A DNA stretch of 43,131 nt, from the NCBI GenBank assembly GCA_051532035.1, contig JAOPTW010000055.1, positions 1 through 43,131 on the forward strand, written 5' to 3'. The position numbers and the translations under genes were made by a program. The DNA is from Fibrobacterales bacterium (lineage in GTDB: Bacteria; Fibrobacterota; Fibrobacteria; Fibrobacterales; JAOPTW01). The notes under the pieces are model-generated. The model had not been told where the DNA came from, ran no database searches, and saw only the letters and a list, made by a program, of their open reading frames with translations. Of this stretch, positions 10,251 through 19,513 are shown piece by piece (the first letter of the stretch is position 1; each line of letters starts with the position of its first letter).

Positions 10251-10549
10251 GTACCATACCTGCACACCCTCATTGTAATAGCTGCACACCACCAATGCAT
10301 ACCCGCACATCCTCATTGTATTGCTGCACGCCACCAATGCATACCTGCATACCTACACTGTTTTGCCGTACACGCACAATGTAATACCCGCACACCCAAA
10401 AAACCATACATGAGTAAGCCAATGCAATAGGCGAGTCCTAAAAATGTTTTAGGTGAGTCAGACAAATCCTTGCCTGTACACGGTAAATGTAGCCCCTGAG
10501 TAGCCTAGTGTATTGCCTGATCGAGTACATTGCGATCCATGAGTAAGAA
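10251..10549. repeat. Degenerate tandem array of ~14 units of 21-22 bp
   Basis: Units start at 10251, 10272, 10294, 10315, 10336, 10357, 10378, 10400, 10421, 10443, 10465, 10486, 10507 and 10529, e.g. aatgcatacccgcacatcctc / aatgcatacctgcatacctac / aatgtaatacccgcacacccaa. Confidence 0.7.
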
Positions 10550-10921
10550 ATATTAAAAAGATTACGAGTGGAAGAAGAGGTGCTGATACTATTGAAGATT
10601 TAGTTGAGCTTGTATGTATGCTAGCATTGTGGTGCGCAATTGATGGGGGATACATTGCCAGATGTTTTTGCACCATATGCTTCGTTTTTGACTCAATAAC
10701 AGCTAAATAATGGTCCCCTGAGTTGCACTAGGGAAAAAACTGAGAATGTAGTTAAAGACACTATCAAGTTTTTGCCTCGTAACATTTAAATCTGGTTACT
10801 TTTCATACAGGCGCTGCTTTTTGTACAGGAGCTTTGAATAGAGAAACCTCTTTCAAGGGTTCCCCATAAAGTCAGAGCTATACATACGTTTTCTTGGGTT
10901 AACAAAGAAGTGAGATCAGAT

Positions 10922-11845
10922 ATGAAAAAAATTATCATCTATGGCGAAACAGTGGTAGACTGCTTTGAAGGCGGTGCACAGGTTTTAGGTGGGGCGCCAT
11001 TTAATGTTGCTTGGCATCTACAAGGATTGAGCTTACATCCACAACTGATATCTGCCTTAGGGGATGATGCACTTGGAAAATACTCCCTTTCCAAGATGCG
11101 GGAATGGGGATTGAATAGTAACTCTGTGCAGATTCATAAAGAACATCCCACAGGAACAGTCAATGTAAGTATAAACGATGGAGAACCCTCATACGCGATT
11201 GTACCTGATGTTGCATTTGATTACATTGATACACCTGCCCAACTTTCATTAGAAGAGGATGACTTCCTCTATCATGGGTCTGTTGCGTTAAGAGACTCTA
11301 CAACGCGAAATTCTCTTTCCACGATTCTGGAAAAAAACCACCCCAAACGTGTTATTGATATTAATTTAAGAGACCCTTATTGGACCGTTGATCAGATACA
11401 GGCAATTGTTGAAGGTTGCTTTTGTTTAAAGCTTAATATGTTTGAAATGGATGCGCTTACGAATGGAAAAAGCGCAATTGACCCCAAGGCAGTCTATTCA
11501 AAAGAGGCTGCACTTCAATACAAGACAGACAATCAAATATCAAATCTTATTGTGACCATGGGTATCGAGGGTGCGACATTTATTGGCGAAGACAATGAAG
11601 AATACTTTTGCGGACCACCGCCTCATGTGCCCAATGTTATAGATACTGTAGGTGCAGGAGATGCCTTTTCAGCTGTTCTTCTCTTAGGCCTGTACCATGA
11701 TTGGGATTGGCATACTATTATAGATCGAGCTCAAGAATTTGCAAGCGTTATAGTTTCTCAAAATGGCGCTATTCATTCAAATATGACAACGTACACGGAC
11801 TTTATGGCGTTATGGGCTGTTGAAGCAGAATACACAAAAAAGTAG
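10922..11845 (+). CDS. PfkB-family carbohydrate kinase (fructokinase-like)
   Basis: GGAPFNVA, DINLR and DTVGAGDAF signatures; start at ATG 10922. Confidence 0.9.
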   Translation: MKKIIIYGETVVDCFEGGAQVLGGAPFNVAWHLQGLSLHPQLISALGDDALGKYSLSKMREWGLNSNSVQIHKEHPTGTVNVSINDGEPSYAIVPDVAFDYIDTPAQLSLEEDDFLYHGSVALRDSTTRNSLSTILEKNHPKRVIDINLRDPYWTVDQIQAIVEGCFCLKLNMFEMDALTNGKSAIDPKAVYSKEAALQYKTDNQISNLIVTMGIEGATFIGEDNEEYFCGPPPHVPNVIDTVGAGDAFSAVLLLGLYHDWDWHTIIDRAQEFASVIVSQNGAIHSNMTTYTDFMALWAVEAEYTKK

Positions 11846-11851
11846 TGAACT

Positions 11852-13813
11852 ATGTACGAACAAATATCACACTCACTCTTAAATAAGATTTTAGATGAGC
11901 TACGCCCAGAGATTCAGAAAAGTGAATTACGATATTTTTACAGTCGTCTTGGGGCAAATTTTTACGTTATTCATCAATTGTTCAGTAAACTCTACGGGAA
12001 CCACCCACACTTTTATGAACAATTAAGTCGTCTTGTTGAGGTGATGGCACGAAATTATATACAACGGCCGAAAAATTTAAAGAATAAGGATCGTGAGCGT
12101 GAGGGCAATCACCGCTGGTTTTTAAGCCAAGAGTGGGTGGCTATGGCTTTGTATGGCGATCAGTTTGCTGAAAACTTAAAGGGTCTCGAAGAGAAGCTTG
12201 ATTACTTTCAAGAGCTCGGTGTGAATTTGGTCCATATATTGCCTCTTCTTCAATGTCCTGTCGGGGCAAGTGATGGCGGGTATGCGGTAAATGATTTTCG
12301 AAAAGTTGATAAACGCATGGGCTCCAACAAGGGCTTACAAAATATTATTGATAAGCTCCATGAAAACAAATCTCTTATTGCGTTAGATATCGTTATTAAC
12401 CATTGTTCAGACCAACATGAATTTGCCCAAAAGGCAAAGAAAGGCGATTCCCGCTATAGCGACTTTTTTTACTCCTTTGAGTCAGAGACTATACCGGATC
12501 TGTTTTCGGCATCATTACCTGAAGTATTTCCTGAAACTGATCCTGGAAACTTTACTTGGAACGAAGAAGCGCAGCGATGGGTCATGACAGTATTTCATAA
12601 TTACCAATGGGACTTGAATTATTCCAACCCCGATGTGTTTATTGAAATGCTCGATATCATTCTATTTTGGGCTAATAAGGGTGTTGATATTTTGCGCTTA
12701 GATGCGGTCGCTTTTTTATGGAAAAAAATTGGTACAAGCTGTCAAAACTTAAATGAGGCTCACCTCATATTACAACTCATGACAGACTGTTGTCAGGTTG
12801 TTGCCCCTGGAGTAATTTTTATTGCCGAAGCTATTGTGGCTCCTGAGGAAGTTGTTAAATACTTTGGAGAAGATTCCGTAGTGGCAAAAGAGTGTGACAT
12901 TGCATATAATGCCACCTTTATGGCTCTGTTGTGGGATAGTGTTGCCACTAAAAACGCCAAGTTACTCTATGAGGGAGTAAAAAACCTTCCTGACAAACTT
13001 GAAGGGGCCACCTGGCTCAATTATCTTCGCAGTCATGATGACATAGGTTTTGCTTTTTCTGACACAGATATATCACATGCGGGATACTCGCCGGATGACC
13101 ATAGAAAGTTTTTGATTGATTATTTTTCTGGAGGATTTGAAGATTCAAATGCACAGGGACAAACATTTGCTAAAAATGACAAGACCGGGGATGCCCGAAT
13201 TAGCGGCTCTCTCGCATCACTCATAGGCTTAGAGAAAGCAATTGAGGTTGGTGACAAACAGCTCATTAACAAAGGTATCAATCATATTGTTTTGCTTCAT
13301 AGCCTGATAATGTCATTTGGTGGAATCCCCATGCTCTATTATGGCGATGAAGTGGCGACATTCAATGACTCCAGTTATCTTGAGAATAAAAACAGAGCTC
13401 ACGACTCACGGTGGATTCATAGACCCAAGCTTGACTGGGATCTTATGGATAAAAGGCATGATACAGATTCTTATCAATATAACGTATTTTCTCAACTCAA
13501 AAGACTCATAGCACTGCGGAAAACACTCCCTGAACTTGCAGATTATAATACACGCGACCTTCTTCAATGTGGGAATGACGCCATTTTTGCTTTTACACGG
13601 TACAATCTATCTGACCAGGGGGAGCAGATTATTGTTGTGGCAAATTTATCTGATACAGTGCAACTCGTTAACTATCAGACGCTTGGTTTAACGGGAAGAA
13701 TAGATGACTGGACCGATCTCTGGAGTAATAAATCACCAACCAGTCAAAATGATTTTTTGGTGTTAACGCCATTTCAGTTTTACTGGTTAAAGAAAGCTAA
13801 AAAACTGTTTTAA
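11852..13813 (+). CDS. GH13 amylosucrase / sucrose hydrolase-like protein
   Basis: SDGGYAV, QWDLNYSNP, RLDAVAF (nucleophile), AEAIV (acid/base), SHDDIG, RISGSLASL and DSRWIHRP. Confidence 0.88.
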   Translation: MYEQISHSLLNKILDELRPEIQKSELRYFYSRLGANFYVIHQLFSKLYGNHPHFYEQLSRLVEVMARNYIQRPKNLKNKDREREGNHRWFLSQEWVAMALYGDQFAENLKGLEEKLDYFQELGVNLVHILPLLQCPVGASDGGYAVNDFRKVDKRMGSNKGLQNIIDKLHENKSLIALDIVINHCSDQHEFAQKAKKGDSRYSDFFYSFESETIPDLFSASLPEVFPETDPGNFTWNEEAQRWVMTVFHNYQWDLNYSNPDVFIEMLDIILFWANKGVDILRLDAVAFLWKKIGTSCQNLNEAHLILQLMTDCCQVVAPGVIFIAEAIVAPEEVVKYFGEDSVVAKECDIAYNATFMALLWDSVATKNAKLLYEGVKNLPDKLEGATWLNYLRSHDDIGFAFSDTDISHAGYSPDDHRKFLIDYFSGGFEDSNAQGQTFAKNDKTGDARISGSLASLIGLEKAIEVGDKQLINKGINHIVLLHSLIMSFGGIPMLYYGDEVATFNDSSYLENKNRAHDSRWIHRPKLDWDLMDKRHDTDSYQYNVFSQLKRLIALRKTLPELADYNTRDLLQCGNDAIFAFTRYNLSDQGEQIIVVANLSDTVQLVNYQTLGLTGRIDDWTDLWSNKSPTSQNDFLVLTPFQFYWLKKAKKLF

Positions 13814-13928
13814 GGTGATGGCTTCAATAGTACGAATTATTTAGGTTATTTATAAAATGGTACCGTGATAAGAAATAAAGCCCCCATTACCATTGGGCAC
13901 TATACCACCATTAAGTAAATTAGGAGGT

Positions 13929-14702
13929 ATGAACTATTTCCTACTCCTCATTCTCTCAGGGATATTCTTCTTAGGATGTTCCTTCAATAGACCGACACCT
14001 GCTACGCAACCAGAAAAGGTATTTAGAATAGCGTCACCATCCTTTAATCAGGCCATGGCTGATTCCATTACTGAAATCGCTTATGTACCATTAGAATTGG
14101 CTACACTTATTGGGAGTATTGTCGATGATTGTGAGCGTGATACTATGTCACTCAAGGAGAGCGCCCCAGAGGGATGCCTAGAGCTGAATGAGTCGAATAG
14201 TGCCTTTACCTTTAATAAGAAAGTGTATGAACTTCTTCCGCTGCTTTTTCCAAGAGCTCAGATAAAAGAGTTGGTTCCTGGGGTTGGGGATATTCCTGCG
14301 AAGGATACCAATTTTCTGCACCTTGAACAGCAGATTCAATCACTCTGCTCTATTGACTATTATCGATCATTGGAACCAGGGCGATATGTTGCAGACGAAC
14401 CTATTGCATCAGCATTAAAAAGTGCCGTTACCCAGTTTGCTGCACGCTATTCTGTTCGCTACCTCGTGATTCCTTTAGAACTCACTGTGGACCTTTCTCG
14501 TGGGGGATATGATGATGGGACGGTTACAACCGAAACGTTGTTCTCACTTTGGGATGGTATGAAGGGTAAACTCCTGTATATTAAATATCAACAACACTCT
14601 CAAAATGCTCAAAAAAGTGACCTCAATAGGGTAATACTCTCTGAAGAGCCACTCACCACTCTTAAGGATGTCCAGTCATTGTCCAAGGTTGAGGATCAAT
14701 AA
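13929..14702 (+). CDS. Hypothetical lipoprotein
   Basis: AGGAGG before ATG 13929; lipobox FLGC. Confidence 0.75.
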   Translation: MNYFLLLILSGIFFLGCSFNRPTPATQPEKVFRIASPSFNQAMADSITEIAYVPLELATLIGSIVDDCERDTMSLKESAPEGCLELNESNSAFTFNKKVYELLPLLFPRAQIKELVPGVGDIPAKDTNFLHLEQQIQSLCSIDYYRSLEPGRYVADEPIASALKSAVTQFAARYSVRYLVIPLELTVDLSRGGYDDGTVTTETLFSLWDGMKGKLLYIKYQQHSQNAQKSDLNRVILSEEPLTTLKDVQSLSKVEDQ

Positions 14703-14748
14703 GGCTCGCAGCCATTGAGTTTTTTTATAAAGAGGGCTTTCTTGGGTG

Positions 14749-14919
14749 TGTTAAAATATTTGCATCTGTCAAAAAACTTGCATCATCTTAATATCAATAA
14801 AATCAATGAGTTATGAATTAAACTGGCAAGGGTGTCTATTCTTTTTACACCTCTTAAAAGGGATAACTCTTCATTTTAAGGCTGTATTGCAAGGTTCTTA
14901 GATTGGCCTGATACTTGCT
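14749..14919 (+). promoter_or_regulatory. Sigma54 promoter with IHF site and tandem enhancer candidates
   Basis: TGGCCTGATACTTGCT (GG 14905-6, GC 14917-8, N10 spacing); IHF consensus AATCAATGAGTTA at 14801-14813; tandem 16-mers TGTTAAAATATTTGCA (14749) and TGTCAAAAAACTTGCA (14767). Confidence 0.8.
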
Positions 14920-14929
14920 TTAAGTTAAG

Positions 14930-15058
14930 GTATATCGTTTAGTACTCTTGCTCTCCATCGAACCCTGGATGGACAACAAGTACCCCATGTTGTAGTGACG
15001 CGTTCGCGTATATCACATATCAAATTCAACTGGAGTGAGAGTACTAAATGATTTTTTT
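14930..15058 (+). ncRNA. Putative sigma54-dependent structured small RNA or leader
   Basis: A ~20-bp closing stem (14934-14953 / 15033-15052), whose three non-Watson-Crick positions are all G-U on the + strand, encloses three hairpins and is followed by T7. The predicted TSS is 14930. Confidence 0.7.
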
Positions 15059-15145
15059 ATTCCCCCCAATTTACTGGTATCTACGACTTAATAGTGGTAC
15101 TGTAGCCATGACTATTATAGCAGTAATAGCGACCCCTTATTAGAG

Positions 15146-15967
15146 ATGAACATGATAAATTTTGACGATTTATTTGACACAATACAAGTACTTCATATTG
15201 AACCAAGTGACCCTGCGCTTAAAGAAGCATGCGGTGCATTTTTGAAAGACAAAGAGAAACGTTTCTCAATGGTCTCAGCAACTGAAAGTGTTATGACCGA
15301 CCCCGATGTGATGATGTTAGAAAATTTTGACATTATCGCAATTACGGCATTAACGGGGTGCTCTGAAGAGTATATGCAGGCGCTCAATTGGTTTTGCACC
15401 AAATACTCATTTTTACCTATAGTAATTATGATTGATCACTACTCTGAAGAGAGTGTACTTTCTTATTTGTCTTTAGGGGTTCAGGATGTGATTGACATTA
15501 CTCAGTCAAAAGAAGCGGGAAGTCAATTTGGTATTAAAATACTCTCGTCTATGTCGAGGCAATTAAAGGCGCGTATCAGTTCAGATAGTGATGATCTCTA
15601 TCGTTCACTTTTTGATTATGGTATGGATATCGTTTTTTTAGTGAGTGAACAGGGAGACCTCCTGTATGCCTCACCTAATGTTGAGACTTTGATTGGTCAA
15701 GGAGTTTCGGAACTCGTAGGGAGCTCTTTTTGTCGGTTACTCGGCAGTGAGACGTGTGTGGTGTTACAGCCGGTTTTTAATTTGGGTGATAGCGGGTATG
15801 GTAAAGTTTACCGTACCAAAGGTGTACTTTTAACAAGTGATGGCGGAGAGAAGGCTGCTGATATTATTGTGAGAAATAGAGTTGATGATTCTAAAGTTGG
15901 CTGTATGGTAGTAAATTGTCATATAGGACTTGAGACAGGTGCATTAGAGATAGAGGAGCTGAAATAA
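15146..15967 (+). CDS. Degenerate receiver + PAS domain protein
   Basis: REC-like N-terminus (LPIVIM...LSLGVQDVI); PAS-like C-terminus (YRSLFD...LLYASPNVETLIG..SELVG). Confidence 0.7.
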   Translation: MNMINFDDLFDTIQVLHIEPSDPALKEACGAFLKDKEKRFSMVSATESVMTDPDVMMLENFDIIAITALTGCSEEYMQALNWFCTKYSFLPIVIMIDHYSEESVLSYLSLGVQDVIDITQSKEAGSQFGIKILSSMSRQLKARISSDSDDLYRSLFDYGMDIVFLVSEQGDLLYASPNVETLIGQGVSELVGSSFCRLLGSETCVVLQPVFNLGDSGYGKVYRTKGVLLTSDGGEKAADIIVRNRVDDSKVGCMVVNCHIGLETGALEIEELK

Positions 15968-17151
15968 TGGTTCGCTATCCAATTGAAGATCTTATTGATG
16001 GGCTGGTTCTGGCTGAGCCCATCCTCGATAAAAATAGAAAGCTCTTGGTTGCTGAGAATACGTGTCTCAATGCTAAGCTTATTGGTCTATTGAAAGAGCG
16101 TGGCTATAGCTCAATTTTAATTCATGTTGAAGGGACTGATACTGTTGTGCCAAATGAAACACTGGGGACTGACCTTAAATATGAGGTCTCATCTATTATC
16201 GATGAGGTTACCAAAGGAGTTGGGCAACGAATAGAGAGTGCACAACAACAGAAGTCGTCAATATTGGAAGTGCTGAAAAGCGAAAAACATAACATCACGA
16301 AAATGATTCAAGACAAAAAAACCTTTGAGATGGTTGATAAAATATTGGATTCTCTCATATCTGAGCCCGTCACCTCAATTGTGATAAGTAAATTGCAGAG
16401 TTTTGAGGATACTTTTTTTGAGCATGTATTGCGAGTGGTTGTAACATCTCTTGCTCTTGGTATTAAATTTGGCTTTAATAAGCTTGAATTAACTGACTTG
16501 GGTAAAGGTGCATTGGCTTATGATATTGGTATGCTTGCAGTGCCAGAGACGATTCGTAGGAAACAAGGCGAGTTGACTGAGGAAGAATTTACTGTACTCA
16601 AACAGCATACGCTTTATGGGCATATGATGCTCTCGGAGATCCCTAATTTTTCTGCAATGAGCACTATAATAGCCCTTTCACACCATGAACACCAAGATGG
16701 GACAGGGTACCCGAGGGGACTTAAGGGAACCAATAAAACACCCATTAAACAAAATGAAGGGCAGGGCTGCATTCATAGATATGCAGATATTGTACGAGCG
16801 GCAGACCTGTATGATATGTACACTTTTGGCCGGCCACATTATTCATTGCCCTTGAATCCACAGTTAGTCGTTAAAAAATTGGTAACTGAGGCGGGCAAGA
16901 CAGTGAACGCCTCGGTGTTGAAGATGTTACTCTCTATTGTGTCGATATACCCTGTAGGTGCAAAAGTTAAAATTATTCAAAGTCCTATAGCGGGGTTAGA
17001 TGGGTATTATGGTGTTGTGGCCAGAGTTAATGAAAAAAATATTATGGCACCAAGCCTTATTATGTTAGAGGATAAGGAAAAACAGACTATTAAACCAATT
17101 GTTGTTGATATGTCAAAATACAAAGGCTTTCAGATTGAACTATTGACTTAG
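15967..17151 (+). CDS. HD-GYP domain protein (HD motif reads YD)
   Basis: EHVLRV, LAYDIG, KQHT, HHEHQDGTGYPRGLKG and AADLYD; TAATG coupling with the upstream gene. Confidence 0.88.
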   Translation: MVRYPIEDLIDGLVLAEPILDKNRKLLVAENTCLNAKLIGLLKERGYSSILIHVEGTDTVVPNETLGTDLKYEVSSIIDEVTKGVGQRIESAQQQKSSILEVLKSEKHNITKMIQDKKTFEMVDKILDSLISEPVTSIVISKLQSFEDTFFEHVLRVVVTSLALGIKFGFNKLELTDLGKGALAYDIGMLAVPETIRRKQGELTEEEFTVLKQHTLYGHMMLSEIPNFSAMSTIIALSHHEHQDGTGYPRGLKGTNKTPIKQNEGQGCIHRYADIVRAADLYDMYTFGRPHYSLPLNPQLVVKKLVTEAGKTVNASVLKMLLSIVSIYPVGAKVKIIQSPIAGLDGYYGVVARVNEKNIMAPSLIMLEDKEKQTIKPIVVDMSKYKGFQIELLT

Positions 17152-17251
17152 GGCGAGCCTGATCAAAAACCATACTCGATATGCTAAAATACTCTTTTTA
17201 ATGTAAGGTTCTTTGTTACATTTGAATGGGTTGGGTAATGGGAATAGATTG

Positions 17252-17665
17252 ATGAAAGAGATACTGTTAATAGATGATGAAGAATTAATACGAGAATCAC
17301 TGTCTGAACTACTCGAACAACGAGGATATACGGTTACTGCGGTAGAGACAGCAGAAGAGGGTATGAGTCTTTGTGAATCACGTCAGTATGGGTGTATTAT
17401 TTCTGATATCTTTATGCCAGAGATAAACGGTTTTGAGTTTATTCGCCACCTTAAAAAGAAATACCCCCGGTCACAAGTGATTGCGATCTCTGGAGGCTCA
17501 AATAAATATGGCTTTGGTGACTTTGATTATCTGGATCACATCAAGAGCTTTGGGGTCGACTATGCTTTTTATAAACCAGTTGACACCGAAAAGCTTATTG
17601 AGGCAATAGAAGTACTGTTACATCAGAACTGTTTAAGCCCTTTAGATGTTGCTAATATCACCTGA
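17252..17665 (+). CDS. Single-domain response regulator
   Basis: ILLIDDE, SDIFMPEING, IAISG and YKP; start at ATG 17252. Confidence 0.9.
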   Translation: MKEILLIDDEELIRESLSELLEQRGYTVTAVETAEEGMSLCESRQYGCIISDIFMPEINGFEFIRHLKKKYPRSQVIAISGGSNKYGFGDFDYLDHIKSFGVDYAFYKPVDTEKLIEAIEVLLHQNCLSPLDVANIT

Positions 17666-18306
17666 GTTGCATACCCCGAAAAAATACCATTATCAAGAAC
17701 ACCAGGAATCATATTGATTGCTGTTTCAAGACCTTTAGGGTCTTCGATAGCATTAAATTTTGCATCAATAATCAAATTGCCATTATCACTAATTACTGGT
17801 CCATCTTTTGATGTGCCTGCAAGGCGAATAGTGCAGGTAGCACCGAGCTTGGTTAATGATGCCATAGCAGATGCAAGGGCGATAGGCATGACTTCAACAG
17901 GTACCGGCATTTTCGTGCCAAGCTTCGAAACCTCTTTGCTTTCGTCTGCCACAACAATAAACTCTTTTGACATGGCTTCTACGATTTTTTCTTGAGTGTG
18001 AGCCGCGCCTCTGCCTTTAATAAGATTTTTAGCTGGATCAATTTCGTCGGCTCCATCAATAGTGAGATCTAATGAGTCTACCTGACTGACGTCAAGGAGA
18101 GGGATACCAAACCGAATACAGTGTGCTGTAGTGTCGAAGGACGTTGATACCGCTTGAATGGTTAGGTTCTCTTCTTTAATTCTTGCGGCAAGGCGCTCAA
18201 TTGCAAAATAGGCGGTTGAGCCAGTTCCGAGGCCAACACGCATATTATTTTGAATGAGGTTGGCAGCGGTGTATCCCGCCTCTTTTTTTAATGCACTAAT
18301 AGTCAT
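17623..18306 (-). CDS. rpiA: Ribose-5-phosphate isomerase A
   Basis: GLGTGST, DGADE, IKGRGAA..QEK and SDNGN. Confidence 0.97.
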   Translation of the reverse strand: MTISALKKEAGYTAANLIQNNMRVGLGTGSTAYFAIERLAARIKEENLTIQAVSTSFDTTAHCIRFGIPLLDVSQVDSLDLTIDGADEIDPAKNLIKGRGAAHTQEKIVEAMSKEFIVVADESKEVSKLGTKMPVPVEVMPIALASAMASLTKLGATCTIRLAGTSKDGPVISDNGNLIIDAKFNAIEDPKGLETAINMIPGVLDNGIFSGYATQVILATSKGLKQF

Positions 18307-18313
18307 GGGGCCC

Positions 18314-18949
18314 TTACAGTAGTCCTAAAATGTCGTTATCATCATCTGAATCTCCATCCAGAAATTCTTGTTCTATCTCTTCAAAAGTGGCAGACTCAAT
18401 ACTGAGAACCGTGATATCAAAAATGATATTTTTGCCCGCAAGTTTGTGGTTGCCATCAAGAATTATCTCTTTCTCTAAAATCTCTTTGATAGTAAAATAT
18501 GCCGGTTCAGAGTTTTCCTCTTCTTCGTGGTCATCATCATCATCATCATTGTCGTTAAAAAGATCTTCTGGAGTTTTGGGTGTTTTGAACATGTCAGAAG
18601 AGAGGTAGCTTTCATGCTCAATAACTTCTCTCGGCTCTTGCTCTTGGTACATTTCAACTTCCATCCCGATATCGAGAGGTTCAAGATGCGCAAGTTCGCT
18701 TTTATCTACCGAAATAAGAAGGTCTTTAGAGTAGGCACCAAATGCCTGCTCACAAGGGATAGAAATGCCTTCATGGCGTGATCCCTCCTCTTTATGCTCG
18801 AGAAACTCTTCTAAACCAGGAATAATGTAATGATAGCCGTGCATATAAGTAAGGGGATTGCTCTCAGGAGCTTCCTCTATTATAGTGCCATCACTATCTT
18901 TCAGGGTATAACAAATGGTTACTTTTTGGTTTTTTTCAACGATATTCAT
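18314..18949 (-). CDS. slyD: SlyD-like FKBP peptidyl-prolyl isomerase with acidic insertion
   Basis: YMHGYHYIIPGLE, AFGAY, LDGNHKLAGK and ATFEEI. Confidence 0.8.
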   Translation of the reverse strand: MNIVEKNQKVTICYTLKDSDGTIIEEAPESNPLTYMHGYHYIIPGLEEFLEHKEEGSRHEGISIPCEQAFGAYSKDLLISVDKSELAHLEPLDIGMEVEMYQEQEPREVIEHESYLSSDMFKTPKTPEDLFNDNDDDDDDHEEEENSEPAYFTIKEILEKEIILDGNHKLAGKNIIFDITVLSIESATFEEIEQEFLDGDSDDDNDILGLL

Positions 18950-18997
18950 AGGCTATCAAGTATATTTATGCTGTATTATCCTTAAGGAGAACGCTGT

Positions 18998-19471
18998 ATG
19001 ACAACGAAAGGTGTTTCAGTACTGTTTGTCTGTTTGGGAAATATCTGCAGATCTCCTACTGCAGATGCCATTGCGCAAAATTTACAAAAAAAATTCACTT
19101 TTATAAACCTAATCGACTCAGCAGGCACCGGAGCGTACCATATAAATGAACCTCCGCACCATGTGATGCAGCAAGTTGCTCGTGATAACGGGGTTGAAAT
19201 GAGTCATTTACGGGCGCGGCAGGCTGTTGCTCAAGATTTTTACACCTTTGACTATGTGATTGCCATGGATGATGACAACTTTTCTGATTTGAAAAGCATT
19301 CAGCCCCTCGACGGGACTGCTCAATTGGTTAAGTTACTCGATTATGGTGAAAATAAGGTGCGGAATGTTCCCGACCCTTACTATGGTGGACCCGATGGTT
19401 TTATAGAGTGCTTTGAGATTATTGATACAGGTGTGGATAATTTTTTCCAATATCTATCCCAAAATCGCTAA
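18998..19471 (+). CDS. Low-molecular-weight protein tyrosine phosphatase
   Basis: VCLGNICRSP, DSAGT and VPDPYYG. Confidence 0.95.
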   Translation: MTTKGVSVLFVCLGNICRSPTADAIAQNLQKKFTFINLIDSAGTGAYHINEPPHHVMQQVARDNGVEMSHLRARQAVAQDFYTFDYVIAMDDDNFSDLKSIQPLDGTAQLVKLLDYGENKVRNVPDPYYGGPDGFIECFEIIDTGVDNFFQYLSQNR

Positions 19472-19513
19472 AATAGCTAACTTATTAGAGTAAAATTAAC
19501 GATATAGAGAGAT

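Noticed and set aside
10163..10676. Short ORFs over the 21-bp array (and 21578-21839 over the hairpin array)
   Set aside because: By-products of repeats; no RBS, and the frames are broken by 22-bp units.
14930..15058. tRNA, 6S, SRP, c-di-GMP riboswitch or retron ncRNA
   Set aside because: The closing stem is too long for a tRNA and there is no proper T-loop or CCA. It is too short and too branched for 6S. No SRP or c-di-GMP-I motifs were seen, and no reverse transcriptase is nearby.
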